Origin: an uncultured Thermoplasmata archaeon
Lineage (GTDB): Archaea; Thermoplasmatota; Thermoplasmata; UBA10834
Reading direction: 5' to 3'
Assembly (NCBI GenBank): GCA_964488505.1
Contig: CAZAUI010000007.1
Span: forward strand, 725 to 64,724
Length of the DNA: 64,000 bases
The position numbers and the translations under genes are program-made. The notes under the pieces are model-generated. The model searched no databases and was not told the DNA's origin. It was given only the letters and a program-made list of their open reading frames with translations. Positions 16,502 through 24,602 of this stretch are shown piece after piece. The number at the start of each line of letters is the position of its first letter. The first letter of the stretch is position 1.

Positions 16502-17989
16502 ATGCTTGGGCTCCGGGACCGGAAGACATGGGCCGCGATCACCGTCGCGGCCAGCGCGGTAGTGATACTGGCCGGTTTAGGCTTCACAATGTTGGGAGAT
16601 AGCGTCGAAGCCGAAGGAGGAGATGTACTCACAAGGACCTCGGATAGCATCGTAGTCCGGTGCTCGGGGCCTGAAGTGATTCTCTCACTCGACAACTTCG
16701 ACGGCCGGGTGACGTTCACGAACTGTTTCCCGAACTCCACGCTGACAGGGTGCGACGGCCCGACGAGCGCGGAGGGGTCGAACATGTCTTGTGAGGTCGA
16801 CGGTTCGAAGACCGAGCTGCGGCTTTCGGCCCAGGAGAAGGTGTCGTTCAAGTTCGCGGTGATGGGCGACAGCCAGGGATACAACGACATCCTCGAGGCG
16901 GCCCTCGAGAAGGTGGACGGGTGCGAGTTTGTCATCCACTGCGGGGACGTGACCACGTCCGGGCAGGCGTCCGAGTACGACTCCTTCGAGAAGACCTTGA
17001 GGACCGTGACGGTCCCCGTCATGACGACCCCTGGGAACCACGACGTCAAGCTCGACGGGGGCGACGAGTACGTGTCGAGGCTCGGGGCCATGGCATACAG
17101 TTTCGAGTACTCTAGCATAAGGTTCGCATTCGTGGATTCGTCAGACCAAGTCATCTCGGAGGAGGAGATCGACTGGCTTGCGGATGTCTTCGACGGGGCA
17201 GACAGGAAGGTCCTCGTCACTCACGTGCCGAGCTACGACCCGTTCGGGGACAACCACACGCTGGACGCTGCCTCGTGCGACCGGATACAGGAGTTCATGC
17301 TCGAGGAGGGCGTCGACGCCGTGTTCACCGGCCACATACACGCCTACCACTTCATGCAGGTGGAGGGCATAGACTGTCTGATAACCGGCGGTGCGGGCGG
17401 GACGCTGGTGGACGGAGTCCACCACCTTGTCATCGTGACTGTGGACGAGACCGGCTTCTCATACGAGAAGATAGACCTCGAGACCGTCCCGACATACTCG
17501 CCGCATATCGAGGTCATAGGGAAGGACGGCGCGCGCCTGAACGTGACCTACGACGAACTGATGTTGATGGACATTCTGGAGGCCGATTCGTCTTACGAGA
17601 ACCTGTACGGCAACATCGCAGGGGAAGGACGATACGAGGGCGTCCTCGTCCGGGACCTGCTGGAACTGGTGGGGGGGATGGCCGAGGGCGACCTCCTCAC
17701 GATAACGGCTGCTGATGGATACTCCCAGGACTTCGGGTTCCTGAACGCTTACCCGGACGCTACATGGCTCGCCCTCCAAGGCGATATGATAGTCTCCATC
17801 GAGTTCGACGGCGTCCTGGCCGGCGATTGGACGGACGGCCCGAGGGTCGCCATGCTGCCCGATGACGGACTGTACAGCAATTCCGATTGCGAGCTTACCT
17901 CGTACGAAGGGCAAGGGTTCTGGGTGTCCGAATCCGCCGGAGCCAGATGGGTCAGGAACACACTCACCATCACGGTGGTGGCGGCGTGA
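16502..17989 (+). CDS. Membrane-anchored extracytoplasmic metallophosphoesterase fused to the same YedY-like domain
   Basis: An N-terminal TM (AAITVAASAVVILAGLGFTML) is followed by calcineurin-like motifs VMGDSQG, HCGDVT, PGNHD, VTHVP and TGHIHAYH. The C-terminal 160 aa (nt 17504-17986) align by eye with repeat 1 of the upstream protein (YEGVLVRDLLELVGGMAEGDLLTITAADGY vs YGGVELRDLADLVGGMEPGDVMTVSAPDGY). Confidence 0.8.
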   Translation: MLGLRDRKTWAAITVAASAVVILAGLGFTMLGDSVEAEGGDVLTRTSDSIVVRCSGPEVILSLDNFDGRVTFTNCFPNSTLTGCDGPTSAEGSNMSCEVDGSKTELRLSAQEKVSFKFAVMGDSQGYNDILEAALEKVDGCEFVIHCGDVTTSGQASEYDSFEKTLRTVTVPVMTTPGNHDVKLDGGDEYVSRLGAMAYSFEYSSIRFAFVDSSDQVISEEEIDWLADVFDGADRKVLVTHVPSYDPFGDNHTLDAASCDRIQEFMLEEGVDAVFTGHIHAYHFMQVEGIDCLITGGAGGTLVDGVHHLVIVTVDETGFSYEKIDLETVPTYSPHIEVIGKDGARLNVTYDELMLMDILEADSSYENLYGNIAGEGRYEGVLVRDLLELVGGMAEGDLLTITAADGYSQDFGFLNAYPDATWLALQGDMIVSIEFDGVLAGDWTDGPRVAMLPDDGLYSNSDCELTSYEGQGFWVSESAGARWVRNTLTITVVAA

Positions 17990-19062
17990 GGAAGTACTAC
18001 TTCTCGACGAAGGACCTCGTCACAATAGCCCTCCTGTCCGCTCTCGGCGGCGTGCTGTCGACGTACATAGGGTACCTCGGGAACATGGTCAACCACATCA
18101 TCGGGGTCCCGTTCGGTGCGGGACAGTTCATGGCCGGCCTCCATGTCATCTGGATAATGCTCGCCCTGGGGATAACCCGCAAGAAGGGCGCGGCGACCGC
18201 GACCGGGCTGCTGAAAGGCATCGTCGAGCTGTTCCTGGGGAGCACACACGGCATAATCATAGTGGTGGTGTCGATCATACAGGGGCTCATACCGGACCTG
18301 GTCCTGTTCAGAGACAAGACGAAGACGGACAGGAGCCCGACGATGTACGCCATCGCCGGCGGACTCTCGGCCGCATCGAACGTGGTCGTCTTCTACGCCT
18401 TCTTCCTATCTGGCGTGCCGTTCGTGCTGCTGGGGATGCTGTGCATGCTCGCGGCGGCGTCCGGGATCATATTCGGGGGATGGCTGGTCCTTGAGATGCT
18501 CGAATCGCTCGAGTTCTCCGGGATGGTCCTGGGGAAGAAGAGGATCATCGTCGACGACCCGCAGGTCCGCGAATCCGTATGGACCCAGAGCAAGGAAAGC
18601 AAGCGCAAGGTCTTCGCAGCGATGATGGTAGTGGCGATGTTCCTATCGGCGTTCACGGTCGGGGCCGTCTACTACTTCATGTTCGTATACAACATCACGG
18701 ACGAGGGGTCCGCCGAGGTGACGGGGTCCGTCGCTGACCCGTACACCTTCCGATACGCGGACTTCGAGGACCTCGAGGTCGTCGTCAACGCCGAACTGAT
18801 AGGAACCGTGACACACGTGGAACCGATGGATTACGAAGGGGTCCCGCTGAGAGATATGGTGGACAGAGCAGGGCCGGAGCCTGGCGCATCCCTCGTCTAC
18901 GTGACCGGCAGCGACGGATACTACGCCGCCTTCGGCCTCGAGGATGTCCTCTCGGACAGCCAGCTCATAATCGTCCTCGAGGACGGGAAGCTGAGGGTCG
19001 TCGCAGCCAACTACGACGGGGCCTACTGGGTGGAGGACGTCGTCGAGATAGAAGTGAGGTAG
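17986..19062 (+). CDS. ECF-transporter S-component (6 TM) fused through a 7th TM to an extracytoplasmic YedY-like domain
   Basis: The start is taken at GTG 17986 (GTGA overlap with the upstream stop); the track start at 17887 overlaps the previous gene by 100 nt. Six hydrophobic helices match an S-component pattern (KDLVTIALLSALGGVLSTYIGYL ... GLLKGIVELFLG...). A basic linker follows, then TM7 (VFAAMMVVAMFLSAFTVGAVYYFMFVY), then YEGVPLRDMVDRAGPEPGASLVYVTGSDGY...LRVVAANYDGAYWVEDVVEIEV. Confidence 0.7.
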   Translation: MRKYYFSTKDLVTIALLSALGGVLSTYIGYLGNMVNHIIGVPFGAGQFMAGLHVIWIMLALGITRKKGAATATGLLKGIVELFLGSTHGIIIVVVSIIQGLIPDLVLFRDKTKTDRSPTMYAIAGGLSAASNVVVFYAFFLSGVPFVLLGMLCMLAAASGIIFGGWLVLEMLESLEFSGMVLGKKRIIVDDPQVRESVWTQSKESKRKVFAAMMVVAMFLSAFTVGAVYYFMFVYNITDEGSAEVTGSVADPYTFRYADFEDLEVVVNAELIGTVTHVEPMDYEGVPLRDMVDRAGPEPGASLVYVTGSDGYYAAFGLEDVLSDSQLIIVLEDGKLRVVAANYDGAYWVEDVVEIEVR

Positions 19063-19063
19063 G

Positions 19064-20527
19064 ATGCTCGACGTCAAGGACCTCTATGTGAGGTATGAGA
19101 ACAGGTCCAAGCCGGCCATAGACGGACTCACATTCCACATAGACCCCGGGGAGTTCGTCCTTCTGATGGGCGGGAGCGCGTCCGGGAAGTCCACCGCGAT
19201 GCAGGCCGTGTGCGGCTTCATACCCGAGATAATACACGCGGAGAAGAGAGGGACGGTCAGCATAGACGGGAGGGTGTTCCAGGACGCTGCCTCGGCATCA
19301 AACGTCGTCTGCATGGTGCAGCAGGACCCTGAGACCCAGTTCTGCACCGAGATGGTAGAGGACGAGGTGGCGTTCGGGCCTGAGAACTTCAACATGCCTC
19401 AGAGAGAGATCCAGGCGGCGGTCGACGATGCGCTCGCAAGCGTCGGCGCAACGCACCTGGCCCACAGGAGGCTCTCGACGCTCTCCGGCGGGGAGAAGCA
19501 GAAGGTCGCCATCGCATCGATGCTCTCGGTGAGGCCGAGGCTCCTGATACTGGACGAGCCGACATCCAACCTGGACCCGCGCGCGGTGAGGGATGTCGTC
19601 ACAGTGGTCGATGCCCTCAGGCGCGAGAGGGATATGACGATCGTGGTGGTCGAGCACAGACCAGGACAGTTCATCGACCTCGCGTCTAGGGTCATGGTGA
19701 TGAACAAAGGACGGATGGAACACGACCGGACAAGGCCCGCGGGCGGCTTCGAAGGCAGACCGGTGCAAACGCCCCGGAGGTCAGCGAACCCGACGGCATC
19801 TACGAGCGGCCTCTACGCGGTCTCGACAGAAAGGCTGATGTTCGACATCGGAGGCGTCAGGATACTCGACGATGTCACTTTCGAAGTGCACGAAGGGGCC
19901 ATCGTCGCCCTCATGGGAGAGAACGGCGCAGGCAAGACCACATTACTGAGGCTCCTTACAGGACTTCTTCAGCCGGCCTCGGGGAATATCAAGGTCTTCG
20001 AACACGGGTTCGGCGCGGGCAGGAGGGCGGAGCCGTGGACCGTGGGGAAGGATGTGGGATTCGTATTCCAGAACCCGAACCACCAGATCTTCGAACGGTC
20101 CGTCGAGAAGGAGATACTGTTCGCTGCCGAAAACTACAGAGTCGACAAGAAGGATGCCGTCGCGGCGGTTGAAGGGTTCGAAGCGTCGGAGGAGGTGATG
20201 AGGTTCGTGCACCCCCATTGCCTCAGCTTCGGCCAGAAGAGAAGAGTCAACATCAGGTCCGCGTCCTCCCACGGGCCGAGACTGATACTCATGGACGAAC
20301 CTTTCGCGGGGCAGGATGAAGCGAACGCCGCGAAGATCAGGGAGATGATAGCGGGCATGCAGAAAGACGGGAAGACCACGATAGTGGTCACTCACGACCT
20401 GACATTCGCCAGAGAATGGTGCACTGACTTTCTGTTCATGAGTCACGGCAGGTTGACCAAGTCGGGGTCCGTATCTGACCTCGCCGACAGCGACTGGGAC
20501 GATCTGTTCCCGGGGGTCGGCAGATGA
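19064..20527 (+). CDS. ecfA: ECF-transporter ATPase, tandem (EcfA-EcfA' fused) ABC protein
   Basis: There are two ABC cassettes. Walker A motifs are GGSASGKST and GENGAGKTT. Signature motifs are LSGGEKQKV and LSFGQKRRV. Walker B motifs are LLILDEPTS and LILMDEPFA. Confidence 0.9.
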   Translation: MLDVKDLYVRYENRSKPAIDGLTFHIDPGEFVLLMGGSASGKSTAMQAVCGFIPEIIHAEKRGTVSIDGRVFQDAASASNVVCMVQQDPETQFCTEMVEDEVAFGPENFNMPQREIQAAVDDALASVGATHLAHRRLSTLSGGEKQKVAIASMLSVRPRLLILDEPTSNLDPRAVRDVVTVVDALRRERDMTIVVVEHRPGQFIDLASRVMVMNKGRMEHDRTRPAGGFEGRPVQTPRRSANPTASTSGLYAVSTERLMFDIGGVRILDDVTFEVHEGAIVALMGENGAGKTTLLRLLTGLLQPASGNIKVFEHGFGAGRRAEPWTVGKDVGFVFQNPNHQIFERSVEKEILFAAENYRVDKKDAVAAVEGFEASEEVMRFVHPHCLSFGQKRRVNIRSASSHGPRLILMDEPFAGQDEANAAKIREMIAGMQKDGKTTIVVTHDLTFAREWCTDFLFMSHGRLTKSGSVSDLADSDWDDLFPGVGR

Positions 20528-21279
20528 GCGCCGGACACGAGACGGTTGCGATGCGACTCAACCCTATCAGCAAAGCGACGCTGCTGGTGATGTGCTCGAT
20601 TCTGGTGCTTCTCATATCCGACCCGGTCCAGATTTCTGTCATCGTCGTGTGCGTCCTCGTGGCGAAGAGCCGGTACGAAGCCCGAGGGGTCATGACGAAA
20701 GGCATAATCGCCTTCGCGGCCACGATCTTCCTCGCTCAGGTGATCTTCAACGACTCTGGAGAGGTCGTCGCGGATTGGAGAGTGCTGGAGGTCACGACCG
20801 GCGGCATCTACGACGGCATATCGATAGCCGGCAAGTTCCTCAGCCTCATAATGATGTCATGGGTGTTCGTCGCGACCACGACGCCGACGGAGCTCTCGTC
20901 AGCACTAACAACGGCGGGTTTCAGATACAGGTACGCATTCCTGCCCGCGCTCTCCATGCGGTTCGTGCCCGTGTTCAGGTTCGAGCTCGCGACAGTGAGG
21001 GAGGCTCAGGTCACGCGAGGCATGAGGCTCGATAAGAGCCTCAGAGGAATAATCCGCTCGGCAAGATACACCACCACGCCTATGCTGATGACGGCCATGT
21101 CGAGAGTGAACTCCTTGGCGGCCTCGATGGAGGGCAGGGGGTTCGGCATGTACGACAAGAGGACGCAACTGAAACCCCTCAGGATGACCGCGTTCGACCT
21201 TGCGTTCATCGTGTCATCTGCGACTGCAGTGGTGCTCGCCTACTTCGTTTCGAATTGTCCGTCCCTGCAGGTCGCATGA
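20524..21279 (+). CDS. ecfT: ECF-transporter transmembrane T-component (CbiQ/EcfT family)
   Basis: A polytopic membrane protein with the characteristic coupling-helix Ala-Arg-Gly type motifs (...LATVREAQVTRGMRLD... and ...SLAASMEGRGF). It overlaps the ATPase stop by ATGA. Confidence 0.85.
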   Translation: MSAGHETVAMRLNPISKATLLVMCSILVLLISDPVQISVIVVCVLVAKSRYEARGVMTKGIIAFAATIFLAQVIFNDSGEVVADWRVLEVTTGGIYDGISIAGKFLSLIMMSWVFVATTTPTELSSALTTAGFRYRYAFLPALSMRFVPVFRFELATVREAQVTRGMRLDKSLRGIIRSARYTTTPMLMTAMSRVNSLAASMEGRGFGMYDKRTQLKPLRMTAFDLAFIVSSATAVVLAYFVSNCPSLQVA

Positions 21280-21281
21280 GG

Positions 21282-22001
21282 TCAGATCTTGAGCTCGCCT
21301 CTCTCCAGCCTCGAGGCGAATGACAGGAGTTCCTGCCCGTTCGACCTGAATTGGGAGTAATGGCGTATCGCCGCGGACACGGCGCCAGTCAGTTCCCCGG
21401 CCCTGCGCTGCCCCGAGCAGGCCCAGTACCGGTCAGCAAGGTGCCTCGCGAAGGCGATCTTCTGTTCCGTGAAAGGGGGATTGGTCATCATGGCGCTCGC
21501 GCACAACTGACCCAGGTCCGAGAGCGTATCACCAGTGGCCGCCTCCTCGAAGTCGAGGCCGAAGGCCTCCTGGTCAGTCACGATGAAGTTCCTTAGGATC
21601 GTATCGCCGCGGACACGCCCGAAGTCGAAGGCAACATGGAAGTTGGCCAACCACCGCGCGAGGCTGTCAGCCAACCTCTCCAGCTCCGATGTGAGCCCTA
21701 TCCTCGACGTCGGGACTATGATGCGGTCGAATACCTCCCCCGCCACCTGGCCGTCCACTGGGGTCATTACGATCGCGCCTTCCAGCAAAGCCAGAGGCAC
21801 GGGCACGAGCACGCCCCTCCCGCAGCAGTCCCGCAGCACGTCGTACTCCACCTGTGCCCGCTGACGCCACTCGCCCCTGTAGACCTTGACCACGAACGGT
21901 TCCCCGTCAACGACCGACCTGAACACCCGGTTCTTCTTGCTGTGGAAGAACGGACCCGTCCGCCCTTTCTCTAGGTCGGCAAGCGAGAATGTCACTGGCA
22001 T
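21282..22001 (-). CDS. APH/choline-kinase-fold small-molecule or protein kinase (family uncertain)
   Basis: VFRSVVDGEPFVVKVYRG carries the beta3 Lys context, and HVAFDFGRVRGDTILRNFIV...GLDFEEA resembles the catalytic-loop/DFG-equivalent of the phosphotransferase family. It is convergent with ecfT, with stops 2 nt apart. Confidence 0.55.
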   Translation of the reverse strand: MPVTFSLADLEKGRTGPFFHSKKNRVFRSVVDGEPFVVKVYRGEWRQRAQVEYDVLRDCCGRGVLVPVPLALLEGAIVMTPVDGQVAGEVFDRIIVPTSRIGLTSELERLADSLARWLANFHVAFDFGRVRGDTILRNFIVTDQEAFGLDFEEAATGDTLSDLGQLCASAMMTNPPFTEQKIAFARHLADRYWACSGQRRAGELTGAVSAAIRHYSQFRSNGQELLSFASRLERGELKI

Positions 22002-22054
22002 GCGTATCTCTCACTGAACGAGCAAGCTCGAGACCTCATCGCATTGGACGGATG

Positions 22055-22061
22055 TATATAT
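22055..22061 (-). promoter_or_regulatory. TATA-like box for the kinase gene (minus strand)
   Basis: TATATAT lies about 55 nt upstream of the start at 22001. Confidence 0.35.
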
Positions 22062-22140
22062 GCCGAACCGACCATGGATAACCCAGGGTCCGTGCTCCGC
22101 GCCAGTGCTGTTATCGTAGTTGAGAACGAGGCGCGCACAG

Positions 22141-22148
22141 ATATATAT
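22141..22148 (+). promoter_or_regulatory. TATA-like box for the Spo0M-like gene
   Basis: ATATATAT lies 34-41 nt upstream of ATG 22182. Confidence 0.45.
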
Positions 22149-22181
22149 CACACAGGCTCTAGAACGCCAAGCGGTGTCAAT

Positions 22182-22622
22182 ATGGGGTTCCTAGACAAGA
22201 TGAAGTCCGCCGGCGCAGCCATAACCGGCGGCGCAGCCAAAGTGAGCATAGAATATCCGCACCAGCCTCTGAAACCCGGAGACTCCCTGCCCGTCAAGGT
22301 GACCATCATGTCGATGGGGAAGGAGGTCAAGTCCGGGGGCGTCTTCGTCGACGTCCACGCGGCCGAAGCAGGCCAAGTGAAGTGCAAGCACTGCGGACAG
22401 ATGACCCAGGTTCAACAGGAGACCATAAAGCAGGCCATACCGATAGGGCCAGCGTTCGTGCTGCAGCCGAACGAGACCAAAGTCATAGAGGCGACCGTAC
22501 AGTTGCCCATGGGCCAGCCGTCGTACAGCGGCCAGGTCAGGCACGAATGGAAGATCCGTGGCAGACTCGACGCCTTCGGGAACGACCCTGACTCCGGGTT
22601 CCAGGTCATCGAGGTGCGCTGA
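22182..22622 (+). CDS. Spo0M-like (arrestin-type beta-sandwich) protein
   Basis: MGFLDKMKSAGAAITGGAAKVSIEYPHQPLKPGDSLPVKVTI resembles the SpoOM family N-terminus (M.F.DKLK...G...AKV...PG..V.G.V.I). The start is taken at ATG 22182; the track TTG 22044 is over-extended across the promoter. Confidence 0.55.
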   Translation: MGFLDKMKSAGAAITGGAAKVSIEYPHQPLKPGDSLPVKVTIMSMGKEVKSGGVFVDVHAAEAGQVKCKHCGQMTQVQQETIKQAIPIGPAFVLQPNETKVIEATVQLPMGQPSYSGQVRHEWKIRGRLDAFGNDPDSGFQVIEVR

Positions 22623-22632
22623 CCAAACATTC

Positions 22633-22665
22633 TTGGCCGGTGCGACGGTTCGCCGCGCCGGCCAA
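22633..22665. terminator. GC-rich inverted repeat between convergent genes
   Basis: TTGGCCGG (22633-40) and CCGGCCAA (22658-65) form an 8-bp perfect stem. It lies between the stops at 22622 (+) and 22686 (-). Confidence 0.35.
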
Positions 22666-22685
22666 TCCCTTTCGCCCTGTCATGG

Positions 22686-24161
22686 TCAACGACCTGTTGA
22701 CGGCCTGAACTCAAGGCGCTTCTGGTCGAATCCTTTTGCGTACTCCCTGAGGAGATTCGAAAGACCCTTTGCGACCTCGGGGTCCAACGGGTCTGGCGTG
22801 TGTGACTTCAGTACATCGTACATGCGCGACTTGGCCTTCTCCTCGATCCGCGCAGAGCCGTTCGCAGTCCATTGCTGCCGAGTCATCCTGTCCGAGAGTT
22901 TCGGCACGACGTGCTCCCTGCGGAACTGAGCGAGCGTCTCCTTGTGCTTCAGGAAGTTCCCTTGCGGGCCTATCCGGCCAATCACATCCACCGACAATGT
23001 GCTCTCGTCAACGCGGATGCCCTGGGCGATTCTAACCACGTTCGATGCAATCTCGTCGTCGATCATCAGTTGGACTGGCGAGAACGCGTTGAACGACTCC
23101 GTGGACCCCATGAAGAGCTCGGCGAAATCCGCACCCGACAGCGTCGCCATCAAGGCGGCCTGCGCCTTCTCGTACGAGGTCTGAGCATCCACCGTCTTGG
23201 AGTCGCTCTGGACGCCCATGTCGCTCGGGAGGCCGTAGAACTTCGCCATCTGCACCGCGCCCACTCCCAGCAGAGAGAACTCCGGAGAACCCGTCGCCGC
23301 GATGCCGGACCTCATGTCCAACGGACATGACACCGACCCGTAGACGACTTTGGGCGATTTCGTCACGCACTTCGCTATGGCTATCGTGCTCAATATCTCT
23401 GCGTTCTGCTGGACGAGGAGGCCGGCCAAGGACGCCGGAGCAGTCCCTCCTGCAAGCGCCATCACCATGATGAACACTGGAAGGTCCATCTCAGAGTACC
23501 TGAGGAGCGTGGTCAGCATCAGCTTGTCATGGCCGAGCGGGCTGATTGGGTCGATGTACCCGGGGAACACGGCCTTCTTGGCCACGAGACTCTTGTCCCC
23601 CAGGACCAACTCCGCCATGCGGAGAGTCATCTCGAACTCGAGGTCGTCCCCGCTGCCGCCGTAGCTCGGCTTGGATGTGTGGATGAGTCCCGTCGCCCAC
23701 ATGACCATGCTCATTGCGTCGGCCGAGACGTCTCCAGGATAGACCGGGACATATCCGAGCGCGCAGGTGTCGAGAGCGTCGAGCATGCGCGTGATGCGTA
23801 TGCCGTCCTCCAGCGTGGACGGCCTGAACTCCCCCGTCTCGGGCTCGATGTAGAAAAGGCACTGCGCTCCCGGGCCGAACTTGGTCCTGCCGTCGACGGC
23901 GTCCACCGAATTCTTCTCGCTGCGCGCGTGCCACCTGAAGTTGTGTGCGCAACTCTTCACTGCCTCGTTCACGGACGATTCTGACATCCTCACGATGCGG
24001 GATTTCTTGTCGACACGGTGGCCGTTACGCTCCAGCAGGTCGAGCACCTCGACGGAGTCGACGAACACGCCCGTCCTCTCGAGGACATCCAAAGTGGCGC
24101 CGTGTATCTGCTCAATGTCGGCCTTGTCCAAGACTGTCAGCAAGCTCTTCCTAGCTACCAT
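22686..24161 (-). CDS. MttB-superfamily methyltransferase homologue without pyrrolysine (quaternary-amine:corrinoid methyltransferase-like)
   Basis: An uninterrupted 491-aa ORF. The N-terminus ...LTVLDKADIEQIHGATLDVLERTGVFVDS..., its length and ...FYGLPSDMGVQSDSKTVDAQTSYEKA... are typical of the trimethylamine methyltransferase (MttB) family. There is no in-frame TAG. Confidence 0.85.
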   Translation of the reverse strand: MVARKSLLTVLDKADIEQIHGATLDVLERTGVFVDSVEVLDLLERNGHRVDKKSRIVRMSESSVNEAVKSCAHNFRWHARSEKNSVDAVDGRTKFGPGAQCLFYIEPETGEFRPSTLEDGIRITRMLDALDTCALGYVPVYPGDVSADAMSMVMWATGLIHTSKPSYGGSGDDLEFEMTLRMAELVLGDKSLVAKKAVFPGYIDPISPLGHDKLMLTTLLRYSEMDLPVFIMVMALAGGTAPASLAGLLVQQNAEILSTIAIAKCVTKSPKVVYGSVSCPLDMRSGIAATGSPEFSLLGVGAVQMAKFYGLPSDMGVQSDSKTVDAQTSYEKAQAALMATLSGADFAELFMGSTESFNAFSPVQLMIDDEIASNVVRIAQGIRVDESTLSVDVIGRIGPQGNFLKHKETLAQFRREHVVPKLSDRMTRQQWTANGSARIEEKAKSRMYDVLKSHTPDPLDPEVAKGLSNLLREYAKGFDQKRLEFRPSTGR

Positions 24162-24602
24162 CTCAGGCTCCCTCCACGAACCATCGCACCAATCCCTCGG
24201 CGGAGTCTGGCCGTAGGCAGTGCCGGCGTGGGCCGAACGGATTCCTGATACTTAAGGAGGAGTCCACTCCTTTCAAGTCAGGGACCTCAGTTGGCCTTCC
24301 AGGACATCCACCTGCTCGCGAACAGGGAGAACACTGTGCCCTTGCAGATCGAGAGACTTATGCCATCAGCGGCCGTCGTGTCCGGAGGATATCTCTTGAC
24401 AGGGCCGGCGACTTCCACCACATGGTTTCCCATACGCGGGAAGGTAGGACTTGGCTCGGCTTTACAGTCTCTTCAGGTAGTCGACCGCCCGCTTCTGCCC
24501 AATCGTAATTCACCCCTCGCCACAGGCGAGGGCCCAAAATCGTTAAGTGCAGTGGGAATATTGTCCGATGGCGCGACACATACCTATCAGAGAAGTGACA
24601 AC

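Noticed and set aside
17947-17985. Alternative ATG start giving the S-component a His-rich N-terminus (MGQEHTHHHGGGG), tempting as a metal-binding tag
   Set aside because: It would overlap the upstream gene by 43 nt, and the His/Gly run is the alternate-frame reading of that gene's C-terminus (…TLTITVVAA). The GTGA-coupled start at 17986 is simpler. It is not excluded experimentally.
22686-24161. Pyrrolysine (in-frame TAG) in the MttB-family gene
   Set aside because: The ORF is uninterrupted over 491 codons, and TAG is used as an ordinary stop by neighbouring genes (aor, rpl37e, lrp, rpl41e). There is no evidence of Pyl decoding in this window.
24291-24602. N-terminal 104-codon extension of the MscS ORF from a TTG
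   Set aside because: The extension has no signal or TM logic. It contains a perfect 8-bp hairpin (CCCTCGCC-aca-GGCGAGGG, 24514-32) and lower GC. The ATG at 24603 is followed directly by a textbook signal peptide, so the extension is treated as 5' UTR/intergenic.
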